DNA of 54,392 nucleotides from positions 122,494-176,885 of the forward strand of contig CAZLVD010000001.1 in the NCBI GenBank assembly GCA_964563095.1. Direction: 5' to 3'. A program made the position numbers and the translations under genes. Position 1 is the first letter of the stretch. Every line of letters starts with the position of its first letter. Positions 45,753 to 54,392 of this stretch are shown here, one piece after another. This DNA is from an uncultured Rickettsiales bacterium. Its GTDB lineage: Bacteria; Pseudomonadota; Alphaproteobacteria; CAJXXZ01; CAZLVD01. The notes beneath the pieces were generated by a model that was not told the DNA's origin, made no database searches, and saw nothing but the letters and a program-made list of their open reading frames with translations.

Positions 45753-47576
45753 ATGGCTACAAAAAATGATAAAAAATTACAAGAAACAGAAAAAGTAGCA
45801 AAAACTACTGCAAAAGCTACTACTAAAAAAGTATCTGACGCGAAAGTAGAATCAACGATTAAAGTAAAAGCTACAAAGGAAAAAGAAGTCGCTGCGAAAG
45901 AAAAAGAAGTCGCTGCGAAAGCAAAGCATACAGAGAATCCAGAATGTATAGATGATCATCCGGATCATGTTCATGGCGAGCATTGCAATCATCATCATGA
46001 TAAGCATGCAGTAGATACTAAGAAAGTAACAAAAACTACTACAAAAACATCTGCAGCAATATCAACTCATGCTTTGTTACATAAAATAACAGAATGTTAT
46101 TTTGATGATCATGGTAAAATAATTGCTAAGCCAGAGCATGCTACTGTAGCAGATATAAAAGCTGAATTACAATCTGTAACAGGCTTATCTTATACGTATG
46201 CTATTGTATTAGCTAAAGGATTCATTTCAAGAGCTATTAATCAATATATTACTCAACGTTATTCACAGGAAAAACCACATATTAATGGATTTGCTCCTGG
46301 ACGTGCTTCTATCATAGCTGTAAAGCAATATTATGCAAATCTTTTTGCTCGTCATAATGGTCATTTTAAGACAGTTGCTGAATATGTTATTGTACAACAA
46401 TTACAAAATGTATTAGGTATTTTATCCAGACATTATCAAGTTACATTTATTTCAGAACCAAAATATTTGAATTTAAGCAAATTAACTGAAGATCATGATA
46501 TTGAATGTGTATTTAAGATTGATATAGAGCCTTCAATTCCAGAGGTAGATTTAGCATCAATAAAGATTGAACATAGTGCTATCAAAGTAGAAGAATCTGA
46601 TATTGATAAAGCTTTGAAAGAATGGTGTGAACGTAATTATAAACCTGTTCCATTGGCAATTATTAGAGCTGCTCAAATGGGTGATATCGTTACTCTTGAT
46701 TTAGTTATGAAAGGTACTTCAGATGCTATGAATGATATTACATTAATGGTAGGTTCTGGTAAATTAGCGAAGGAATTAGAAGATTCTATCGTTGGCAAGA
46801 ATGTTGGAGAAACTTATACACAAGTATTAAAGATCTCTGAAGATTTTCCTGATAAAAATGTAGCTGGCAGTGTTATTCAAGCTATAATTACTATTAAGAA
46901 TATTCAAGGAGCAGAGCTGTACAAGCAAGATGCGGATATGTTTAAAGCTTTTGATGTAAATACATTAGAAGAATGTCGTGAAAAGATGGCTCATCATATT
47001 AAATTAGAGGGTGAAAAGTTAGCTGAGTTAGTAGGCAGACATCATATGTTGCAAAAATTGAGTGATCAATTAGATATACAATTGCCAGAAGCTACATTAG
47101 ATTCAATTATTTATCAATATGTAGAATTTTTAGCCAATCATTTAAGAATTCAGTTAGAATATCCAGTAACAATTGGTCAAAAAGCTCAAATAGATCCTAT
47201 TATGGAAAAAGAATTAGGCTGTACATATGATCAATGGATGGATAAAGTATATCCTATGATTATTTCAGAAGCAAAACAGAGATTATTCTTGGCTAAGTAT
47301 GGACGTGAGAATAAGATAAATGTATTACAGACTGAATTAGATCATGCAATTGCAATGCAAGCGGCAAATTTCCCTGGTGGATTAGAGAATGCTATTGAAT
47401 TCTATACAAAAGAGACAAATGCTAGAAATCGTTTAATCAATCAGTTATATCATGAAAAACTTTTGAAAGATATTTATTCCAAGGTAACTAAAAAAGAGCA
47501 TGAATTAACAATGACTGAAATGATTAAAACTTTTGAAAAAATGACAGATAAAATGCAAAAATTATTGCAAGTTTAA
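45753..47576 (+). CDS. tig: Trigger factor with an N-terminal extension of about 135 aa
   Basis: 607 aa. The ribosome-binding signature GFAPGRAS (GFRxGxxP-type) sits at residues 179-186 rather than about 43-50. FKBP-like middle domain and helical C-domain. clpP follows. Confidence 0.8.
   Translation: MATKNDKKLQETEKVAKTTAKATTKKVSDAKVESTIKVKATKEKEVAAKEKEVAAKAKHTENPECIDDHPDHVHGEHCNHHHDKHAVDTKKVTKTTTKTSAAISTHALLHKITECYFDDHGKIIAKPEHATVADIKAELQSVTGLSYTYAIVLAKGFISRAINQYITQRYSQEKPHINGFAPGRASIIAVKQYYANLFARHNGHFKTVAEYVIVQQLQNVLGILSRHYQVTFISEPKYLNLSKLTEDHDIECVFKIDIEPSIPEVDLASIKIEHSAIKVEESDIDKALKEWCERNYKPVPLAIIRAAQMGDIVTLDLVMKGTSDAMNDITLMVGSGKLAKELEDSIVGKNVGETYTQVLKISEDFPDKNVAGSVIQAIITIKNIQGAELYKQDADMFKAFDVNTLEECREKMAHHIKLEGEKLAELVGRHHMLQKLSDQLDIQLPEATLDSIIYQYVEFLANHLRIQLEYPVTIGQKAQIDPIMEKELGCTYDQWMDKVYPMIISEAKQRLFLAKYGRENKINVLQTELDHAIAMQAANFPGGLENAIEFYTKETNARNRLINQLYHEKLLKDIYSKVTKKEHELTMTEMIKTFEKMTDKMQKLLQV
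45879..45920 (+). repeat. In-frame 21-bp tandem duplication inside tig (encodes KEKEVAA twice)
   Basis: gaaaaagaagtcgctgcgaaa at 45879-45899 and 45900-45920. Confidence 0.9.
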
Positions 47577-47749
47577 ATCAATGAGTATTAGTAACTGATC
47601 AAATAATGTTTTGCAAGAACTATTATTCTTCAATAACATCCAATCATTCACATAAATATAAAATTCTTACTTAAGACATACATGTATAATCGCGATATAT
47701 CTGCACTTAATCAATGATGATATATATTCGAGCTGTATAAAATGATAGA

Positions 47750-47805
47750 AAAACTTTTACATGATAGTAAAATATATAAAACTTTTGCATGATAGTAAAA
47801 TATAT
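47750..47805. repeat. 28-bp tandem duplication (aaaactttt[a/g]catgatagtaaaatatat)
   Basis: Read directly from the sequence. Confidence 0.8.
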
Positions 47806-47890
47806 GTACATATATTGTATTTTCATTGTTTATTTCATAATTTGTTAACAGAAACAGCTGTACATTCTATAAAAAAATGTATAATAGCAT

Positions 47891-48496
47891 ATGTCGAATA
47901 CTTACATACCTTACATTTCAGAATATACAGCTAGAGGAGAGCGTGTTTCAGATTTATTTTCACATCTTTTACGTCATCGTGTCATTATTTTAAGCGGGGA
48001 AATTACACAGGCTACTGCTACAACTATTTGTGCGCAAATTTTAGTATTACAGTATGAAAATAACGATCCTATACAATTAATGATCAATTCTCCAGGAGGA
48101 GATGTTATAGCTGGCTTAGCTATCTATGATATGATGCAAAATAGTCCTTGCGAAATTAGAACTGTATGTATGGGTCAAGCATGTTCCATGGGTGCAATTT
48201 TATTAGTAGCCGGTACAAAAGGATGTCGTAGTGTATTACCAAATTCCAGAGTATTATTACATCAACCATGGGGTGGATTACAAGGTCAAGTCACTGACAT
48301 GGGTATACATTTCCAGGATATTTTATCTATGAAAGATAAACTTCTAAATATATTAGTTAAGCATACAGGTCAATCTCGTGAAATCTTAGCCGAACATACA
48401 GAGCGTGATTATATATTATATGCTGAAGCTGCAAAAAACTATGGTGTAGTTGATGAAGTGATGAATTTTAAAACAGATAAAGTTAATTTGAAATAA
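47891..48496 (+). CDS. clpP: ATP-dependent Clp protease proteolytic subunit
   Basis: 201 aa. Catalytic contexts GQACSMGA (Ser), LLHQP (His) and ERDY (Asp). Confidence 0.9.
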   Translation: MSNTYIPYISEYTARGERVSDLFSHLLRHRVIILSGEITQATATTICAQILVLQYENNDPIQLMINSPGGDVIAGLAIYDMMQNSPCEIRTVCMGQACSMGAILLVAGTKGCRSVLPNSRVLLHQPWGGLQGQVTDMGIHFQDILSMKDKLLNILVKHTGQSREILAEHTERDYILYAEAAKNYGVVDEVMNFKTDKVNLK

Positions 48497-48649
48497 GAAT
48501 ATTATAAATCTGTAAATTTAAAATAGAGTATATGAAAATTATATTATAATATCAAAACTTACTATATTATTGCAGTTTATTATTCAATATTATCAATAAT
48601 TGTTGTAAAAATTCATTGCTACTGAAAAAACTTATGTTATAATTTGAGC

Positions 48650-50026
48650 ATGAAGAAAAATGTTTCTTGGTCTATGTCAGCAGTTTTATTGGCTGTACTT
48701 TGTTTACCTTATATTTTTAAACAAGATGATTCAATAGCTCTTAGTGAACATGTATCAGTATCTAGACAAAAATATGATTTATATTCTAAATTGGATGGTA
48801 TGCCTGAATATGATTTATATCAAGATATGCTTATGTTATTAACTGAAGAGGCAGCTAACAGTACAAATCCTTTGTTAAGAACAATTCCTTTTTTCAATTT
48901 TAATAAAAAACTTAAATTAAACGGTTTTGGACTACAAGTGATAGATGAAGATGTGACTAATGCTATTATGAAAAATGATAAATTTAATATCAATGAACAT
49001 TTTGATGCAGAAGAATATGAAAAATTTCTACAAACTCATAGTTTAACTGATGAAATGTATAGAGAATATGTGAGAGAATCTTTGTCTGCTAAAGTAATCG
49101 CTGATATAATCAATCATTTATCTAAGTATGCTATTAATGGTATGGGTAAATATATAGATCATTTGGTTAAGACATGTAAGCAAAATAGAACAGTTCTTGT
49201 GAGAGAGATAAGTGCTGAAAATATTCCTACTCTTGAAATAACAGAATCTGATATACTGAAAACATATTTAGAAAATCAACATAAATTTAAAACAAAGCGT
49301 ACTGCAAAAATCGAATTAGTCCATTATCAGAATGCTAAAGAAATCAGAATGAAATTACAAGATGGACAGGGTAGACGTGGTTTAGATAACATGACTATGT
49401 CAGATATATCTAGATTAGTGGGATCTAAAGTGATCAATATCACGCTTACTGAAGATGAATTACATACTGCAGATGTATTAGCTAAAGAAGTAACAACGTT
49501 CATCAAAAAACATGCTCATTATGGAGAGAAATATAAAGGATTAATGAGTTATGAGCATAATGGAGTAATTTATTTCTTTAAATTTACAGAATATAAGAAG
49601 AGTGAGGTCGATCAATTAGATAATATCCGAGAAGATGTAATCAAGCTTACTCAAGAGAATAAAATGAAGGAATATTGTAATAAGCATATTGATGAATTGA
49701 TTTATAACAATGAAAAAAAGATGATGTTTAATTTGATAGATATTGTACCTTATTCTGTAATACCAGCTGGTACTAAAGAAATAGATACTAAGTTAGATAT
49801 AGGTAGAACTGCATTTCAGTTAGACAATGATAAATCAAATTCCAAAATTATTTATACAAATGGAAAGCTATATAGAGTGTTTTTAGAAAGTATTGATTAT
49901 AATGAATTGAGAGCAAATGATGAATTGCAATATCGTGAATTTTTTAAACATCAGATTATTCAAGATATATTACTTGCATATATTAATAGAATTATGACAG
50001 AAAAATGGCCAGCAAAAGCACAGTAA
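48650..50026 (+). CDS. ppiD: PpiD/SurA-N-like periplasmic chaperone, membrane anchored
   Basis: N-terminal TM (WSMSAVLLAVLCLPYIF). SurA_N-like segment FDAEEYEKFLQTHSLTDEMYREYVRESLSAKVIADII. ITESDILKTYLENQHKF. Degenerate parvulin-sized middle region. Confidence 0.5.
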   Translation: MKKNVSWSMSAVLLAVLCLPYIFKQDDSIALSEHVSVSRQKYDLYSKLDGMPEYDLYQDMLMLLTEEAANSTNPLLRTIPFFNFNKKLKLNGFGLQVIDEDVTNAIMKNDKFNINEHFDAEEYEKFLQTHSLTDEMYREYVRESLSAKVIADIINHLSKYAINGMGKYIDHLVKTCKQNRTVLVREISAENIPTLEITESDILKTYLENQHKFKTKRTAKIELVHYQNAKEIRMKLQDGQGRRGLDNMTMSDISRLVGSKVINITLTEDELHTADVLAKEVTTFIKKHAHYGEKYKGLMSYEHNGVIYFFKFTEYKKSEVDQLDNIREDVIKLTQENKMKEYCNKHIDELIYNNEKKMMFNLIDIVPYSVIPAGTKEIDTKLDIGRTAFQLDNDKSNSKIIYTNGKLYRVFLESIDYNELRANDELQYREFFKHQIIQDILLAYINRIMTEKWPAKAQ

Positions 50027-50220
50027 AATTATTAATTTAAATATCTTACTTTGCAATCTCAGTATTTGCAATATCTTTTAGCATCTATGACAGTAAGTGT
50101 ATGTAATTATTCATTCTGATATAATATAGCATAGATATTTGATTGATAATCTAGTACAATTTCTCAAAATTGACTTGACAGATATCTAATAATATAAATA
50201 TTTGCATGATGATAATATAT

Positions 50221-50262
50221 TGATCAATGTAGTGCTGATATTGATCAATGTAGTGCTGATAT
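50221..50262. repeat. 21-bp tandem duplication (tgatcaatgtagtgctgatat x2)
   Basis: Read directly from the sequence. Confidence 0.85.
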
Positions 50263-50435
50263 TTGTTGTTAGTAGCGATGATATTTATTGTTGCTAATTG
50301 AGGAAATATGATTTGCTCACAATAATACTGGAATGATAATGAAAATTTTAACTCATGATCAGTAACTCATGTATAATTCCTGACATTGCTATATGTATTA
50401 TTATCGATTCGTTGTAGAAATTTTTCATATGTGTG

Positions 50436-50582
50436 CAACATATATTTTCATGCAAATACAGATCTATAGAAAAACAACATATATTTTCATGCAAATACAG
50501 ACCTATAGAAAAACAACATATATTTTCATGCAAATACAGACCTATAGAAAAACAACATATATTTTCATGCAAATACAGAAAA
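50436..50582. repeat. 39-bp tandem repeat, about 3.7 copies, abutting the 3' end of tRNA-Pro
   Basis: caacatatattttcatgcaaatacaga[t/c]ctatagaaaaa starts at 50436, 50475, 50514 and 50553. The last copy is truncated at the tRNA discriminator base. Confidence 0.9.
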
Positions 50583-50656
50583 TCGGGGTTATAAGACTTG
50601 AACTTATGACCTTCTGCTCCCAAAGCAGACGCGCTACCAAACTGCGCCAAACCCCG
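50583..50656 (-). tRNA. tRNA-Pro (anticodon UGG)
   Basis: Reverse complement CGGGGTTTGGCGCAGTTTGGTAGCGCGTCTGCTTTGGGAGCAGAAGGTCATAAGTTCAAGTCTTATAACCCCGA. Anticodon loop is TTTGGGA. Confidence 0.9.
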
Positions 50657-50863
50657 TTACAAAATAGTATCACATTTGCCATATGATTGCAAGATTTCAA
50701 TAGAGAAAATATCAGATATAAATTTATATATTTACTAAAGATATATAGTAAAACTCTCATGGATTTAATCTCATGATTTAAATATGGATAATAGAAATAT
50801 GGTTGCATATGGAAATTTGCTAGAATACTCTCACATAATATATAAAAACTATTCACAGTATAT

Positions 50864-52297
50864 TTATTTTAATAATTGTATTAATAATTCATTTAATAAT
50901 TTTGGATTTGCTTTGTTATCTGTCGCAAGCATCACTTGACCTACAAAAAATCCTAATAATTTATTATTACCAGCTAAATATCGTTGCACTACATCAGGAT
51001 TTTTCTGCATCACATCTGTAATTGCTATTGTTAATTCATTTGGATCTGTAATTTGCTTTAAATTCTTGTCTTTAATAATCATATTGCAATCTGTACCTGT
51101 ATCAAACATTTCTTTAATTACATCTTTAGCCTGTTTACCAGAAATTGTTTCATGAGTAAGATTTATTACAAGTTGCGCTAAATTATGAGGTGTAATTTTG
51201 ATATCTGCAAAAGCAATATTAGAACTATTACACATTCCAAAGAGTTCTTGTGAAATTAAAATCGCACATGTATCATATGCTTTTACATTAGCTAAATTTA
51301 ATTGATTAATACATTCATTTAAAAACTCAATTGTTTCAGATTCTTGAGCTAATAATGAGCTATTATCACGAGAAATACCTAATTCTGACCAGCGAGTGAT
51401 AATATCGTCTAATAATTCCGGTAATTCACTTCTAACTTGCTCCACATACTCTCTATCAATTTTTACAACAGGTATATTTGCTTCTGCGAAGAATCTATAA
51501 TCTGCAGCTTGTTCTTTATTTCTCATAGATTTGGTAGTACCTGTATTTGGGTCAAAAGTTCTAGTTTCACGTACAATAGCTTCACCTTTATTGATTAAAT
51601 CTATATGTCTGGCAATTTCATACTCAAGAGCTTGATAAGCATATTGTACTGAATTAATATTCTTAATCTCTACACGTTCACCATAAGGTTGTCCTTTAAG
51701 ATTAATTGACAGATTGACATCCGCACGTAACTCACCTTTAAACATATCTGCATTCGATGTTTTGATAATACGTAAAATATTACGTACTTTTCTAAAAGTC
51801 ATCATCATTTCTTCTGGACTTCTAATATCTGGAGCTGTAACTATTTCCATTAAACATACACCGCATCTGTTTAAATCTACATATGTATAATCACCATGAT
51901 GTATATTTTTTGCTGCATCTGATTCAAGACTTAATCTTTCAAAACGAATTTTACTTCCAGTATCTAATACAATATATCCATCATAACCTAGTGGATAATT
52001 TTGCTGAGTGATCTGATATCCTAAAGGTAAATCAGGATATGTATAATGCTTACGATCAAATGCGCATATTTCATTGATAGTCATATTAAAAGCCAGAGCT
52101 GTACGTACTCCTTTGTAAATGGCAGCTTTATTTACTATCGGCAAACATCCTGGCATACCTGCATCCGTTAATGCTACATTTGTATCTGGTTCATCATCAA
52201 AATTAGAGCTTGCTGGAGAAAATAATTTAGTGAGACAATTCGCCTGAGCATGAAATTCCATACCAATTACTATATCAAAGTCACTTCTTTTATACAT
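50864..52297 (-). CDS. gatB: Asp/Glu-tRNA amidotransferase subunit B
   Basis: 477 aa. IGMEFHAQ, LPLGYQITQ, RADVNLS and a C-terminal YqeY-like domain (GFFVGQVM). No gatA is adjacent. Confidence 0.9.
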   Translation of the reverse strand: MYKRSDFDIVIGMEFHAQANCLTKLFSPASSNFDDEPDTNVALTDAGMPGCLPIVNKAAIYKGVRTALAFNMTINEICAFDRKHYTYPDLPLGYQITQQNYPLGYDGYIVLDTGSKIRFERLSLESDAAKNIHHGDYTYVDLNRCGVCLMEIVTAPDIRSPEEMMMTFRKVRNILRIIKTSNADMFKGELRADVNLSINLKGQPYGERVEIKNINSVQYAYQALEYEIARHIDLINKGEAIVRETRTFDPNTGTTKSMRNKEQAADYRFFAEANIPVVKIDREYVEQVRSELPELLDDIITRWSELGISRDNSSLLAQESETIEFLNECINQLNLANVKAYDTCAILISQELFGMCNSSNIAFADIKITPHNLAQLVINLTHETISGKQAKDVIKEMFDTGTDCNMIIKDKNLKQITDPNELTIAITDVMQKNPDVVQRYLAGNNKLLGFFVGQVMLATDNKANPKLLNELLIQLLK

Positions 52298-52387
52298 GGG
52301 TGTATTGTAACATATTTTTTTATAAAGCAGTATATGTTTTTTTACTAAAATCCTTGTGAAAAATATTGAGCAGAGGTAGAATATAAT

Positions 52388-52873
52388 ATGAAAAAATTAA
52401 AAGCTTTATATAGCTTAATCTTCAGTTGTATAATCTTCAGCGTATTATATTATTATCATTCTGTCAAGATGCTTACAATCTTTAATCAAATAAAAACTGT
52501 AACATATAAGAAAATGCAAGAAAAGATAGAAAATTCTGAATCTTGTGCTGCTATAAAACAATTATTAGCAAAGCAGATGATAAGCTTTCATATCACTATG
52601 GATTATATTATAGCTCCTCATAGAATTCATATCAAAAAGCCTGTAGAAATTAAGGAGAATCTTAATGTAGTGCAATATCAAACGATTATTAAGATACGTC
52701 AGGAATACAAAGATATGATGAATCAAAAGAACGATAAAATAATTATAATTAATGTTAATGGAACAAATGCTAAAGTTTTAACATGTCTCACAATTGAATC
52801 TTCTGAATATCTGATCATAGAAAATCCTGAACGTGCTGATGATGTAAAATATGTATTTATAGGATTAAAGTAA
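52388..52873 (+). CDS. Hypothetical membrane-anchored protein (161 aa)
   Basis: Signal-anchor ALYSLIFSCIIFSVLYYY. I recognise no family. Confidence 0.4.
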   Translation: MKKLKALYSLIFSCIIFSVLYYYHSVKMLTIFNQIKTVTYKKMQEKIENSESCAAIKQLLAKQMISFHITMDYIIAPHRIHIKKPVEIKENLNVVQYQTIIKIRQEYKDMMNQKNDKIIIINVNGTNAKVLTCLTIESSEYLIIENPERADDVKYVFIGLK

Positions 52874-52874
52874 A

Positions 52875-53534
52875 TTATTCTATATTGCAAAAAATTTCGG
52901 TAACATCATCTATTTCATCTAATTCAGCTAATATTTTATATATATCATGATTTTTTGCTACTGAAATGTTATTATACGCCTTATATATTTCATCTATAGA
53001 TAATGCTTCTCCACATTCTTTTTCTAATGCTTTGATCACTTCTGGCTTACAATAAACATACAAAAAATCATCAGCCTCTTCTATGTGTTCTATATCGCAA
53101 CATAGTATTTGATCTGATTTAGATTTGTTGTATGTGCATTTATTGAGATGTTGAAATAAATATAAGCATTTTCCAAAATCTCCATTAATATGCTTAATAA
53201 CAGCTCTAATTTGAGAGGCTATACGATTACGATTATCTGAGTAAGCTAAAATAATAAAGGATATAGATCCAGCAAAACATTCGTAACGCAAATATTCATG
53301 ATTATCAGTATTTTGACTTTTCTCTAAAGCACGTTTGATATTTTCTTTGGGAAAATTGATATATTGCGCGTATTCTAAACATGTTTTTAGCCTAGGATTG
53401 AAATCAGGATTGATACCGCCATGTTTAGCTGCTATGGATAAATCTCTAGCCATTTTTGTAAACATTTTTGCGCGTTTTTGGTCTACAGCGTCTTTTTTAT
53501 GTTTTACATTATGAGCATGTGAATGTCCAGCCAT
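52875..53534 (-). CDS. yebC: YebC/PmpR-family transcriptional/translational regulator (short form)
   Basis: MAGHSHAHNVKHKKDAVDQKRAKMFTKMARDLSIAAKHGG matches the family N-terminus. 219 aa. Confidence 0.85.
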   Translation of the reverse strand: MAGHSHAHNVKHKKDAVDQKRAKMFTKMARDLSIAAKHGGINPDFNPRLKTCLEYAQYINFPKENIKRALEKSQNTDNHEYLRYECFAGSISFIILAYSDNRNRIASQIRAVIKHINGDFGKCLYLFQHLNKCTYNKSKSDQILCCDIEHIEEADDFLYVYCKPEVIKALEKECGEALSIDEIYKAYNNISVAKNHDIYKILAELDEIDDVTEIFCNIE

Positions 53535-53649
53535 ATCAATATTATAATATAGAATAGTATGTGAGTAAATATCTCGTTATGACGTTAAATATATTTGTAT
53601 AGAATTAAGACATTGTATTCATTTGATCTATTGGTATAATATAAATACT

Positions 53650-53736
53650 AGAGAGATGCCAGAGCGGTTGAATGGGATAGTCTCGAAAACTATTGTGCTG
53701 TAAAAGGTACCGAGGGTTCGAATCCCTCTCTCTCTG
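53650..53736 (+). tRNA. tRNA-Ser (anticodon CGA), A1-U72 acceptor pair
   Basis: AGAGAGATGCCAGAGCGGTTGAATGGGATAGTCTCGAAAACTATTGTGCTGTAAAAGGTACCGAGGGTTCGAATCCCTCTCTCTCTG. Long variable arm. Anticodon loop is CTCGAAA. Confidence 0.85.
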
Positions 53737-53811
53737 TACATGAATAAACAATATTAATAATCTCAGCTACATCAGTATAATGATATAACATTGACATATT
53801 TTAGTATAATG

Positions 53812-54366
53812 TCATGCTTCCAATGCACTCTGATGCTGCTGCTGCATGCTAAGAAAGAGAGTGTTGAAATTGATATACTTCTGTTCAATGATACGATATA
53901 AAGTTTTATATATGTATATTTTTCTCTTTAATAAATCCACTTCATATAAGATAGATATTTGATTATCAAATATCTGTATTTGTGTTATACATGCATTTAT
54001 CTCTTCTGAAAGACTATCTAACAATGCGAGAGTATTATGAGAGATTGTATTACTGTTTACTAAAGACTTCAATACCTGATAATCATACAACAACTGCTGC
54101 ATTCGTATGAATATAATCCGATAGTCAGATAACGCATCATTATATGATTTTGAAAGACCTAATAAACTTTTGTTACGATACGGCATATTATAATTGCTAT
54201 GTAGTGAGCTATCAGTCGTGTTAAAATGTCTATATCCTGAGTTATATTGCTGTAATATTGCACTACAAGATGCAGAATATATGTTATCTTTCTCTATATT
54301 TGCTTTAGATTCCTTGTCAATATTGCACATAAGAAGATCATCATATATTTGCTGATTATACGGCAT
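53812..54366 (-). CDS. Hypothetical protein (184 aa), coiled-coil-like C-terminal half
   Basis: Intact ORF with heptad-like helical sequence (LLDSLSEEINACITQIQIFDNQISILYEVDLLKRK). I recognise no family. Confidence 0.4.
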   Translation of the reverse strand: MPYNQQIYDDLLMCNIDKESKANIEKDNIYSASCSAILQQYNSGYRHFNTTDSSLHSNYNMPYRNKSLLGLSKSYNDALSDYRIIFIRMQQLLYDYQVLKSLVNSNTISHNTLALLDSLSEEINACITQIQIFDNQISILYEVDLLKRKIYIYKTLYRIIEQKYINFNTLFLSMQQQHQSALEA

Positions 54367-54392
54367 AGTATTCGCATTATAAGATAATCCTG

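Noticed and set aside
50170-50200. Promoter-like TTGACA followed by AT-rich -10-like hexamers
   Set aside because: The spacing to the best TATAAA/TATAAT-like hexamers is not the canonical 16-18 nt. At this A+T content -10-like hexamers occur almost everywhere, so promoter calls by eye are not supportable.
50436-50582. Possible CRISPR array
   Set aside because: The 39-bp units are directly contiguous with no unique spacers, there are only about 3.7 copies, there is no palindromic repeat core, and there are no cas genes in the window. It is a plain tandem repeat.
50348-50856. Three overlapping ORFs (100, 97 and 104 aa) with repeated peptide units such as LYLHENICCFSIG
   Set aside because: They exist only because the 39-bp (13-codon) tandem repeat keeps frames open, and they overlap tRNA-Pro. 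There is no start context and no plausible protein composition.
1-54392. Alternative genetic code (UGA as Trp), as in some reduced genomes
   Set aside because: Conserved genes have the expected lengths under the standard code, conserved Trp positions are TGG, and TGA ends at least one ORF (5382-5384, followed immediately by TAA).
1-54392. Mobile genetic element, prophage or defence island
   Set aside because: No ORF resembles a transposase, integrase, recombinase, phage structural protein, restriction-modification component, toxin-antitoxin pair or Cas protein. The only mobile-element-like signals are the short tRNA-flank duplications, reported as findings.

Overview
AT-rich (about 70% A+T by eye) bacterial chromosomal window. 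It uses the standard code: TGA acts as a stop at 5382-5384 and Trp is TGG. The content is almost all housekeeping genes: translation factors, ribosomal proteins, four aminoacyl-tRNA synthetase genes or subunits, GatB/GatC, RpoA, DnaN, TopA, ClpX/ClpP/Tig/DnaJ, SodB, transporters and five tRNAs. Core proteins are very divergent, many spacers are 350-800 bp and full of short tandem duplications, and conserved gene orders are broken. The str, S10, spc and alpha ribosomal operons are scattered. dnaJ lacks dnaK, pheT lacks pheS, and dnaN lacks dnaA. This fits a reduced, heavily rearranged, probably host-associated proteobacterium-like genome, with a tig-clpP-ppiD synteny remnant, a holC-like gene and a DciA-like gene. 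I see no transposase, integrase, CRISPR array, rRNA or recognisable defence system. The best candidates for something undescribed are four. (1) A duplicated module of small leader-bearing orphan proteins at 3393-5384 and 13308-14930 that share a motif I cannot place in any family. (2) A stripped-down PilB-PilC locus whose third gene looks like a fused PilM/PilN- or GspL-type protein, with no pilin, peptidase or secretin nearby and comF close by. (3) Lys/Ala/Thr/Glu-rich terminal extensions on several ribosomal proteins and on trigger factor, where the extension also carries a His-rich cluster. (4) Tandem or direct duplications downstream of the 3' ends of three of the four minus-strand tRNA genes (Gly, Val, Pro). 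All functional calls come from motif recognition by eye, and no database search was run.
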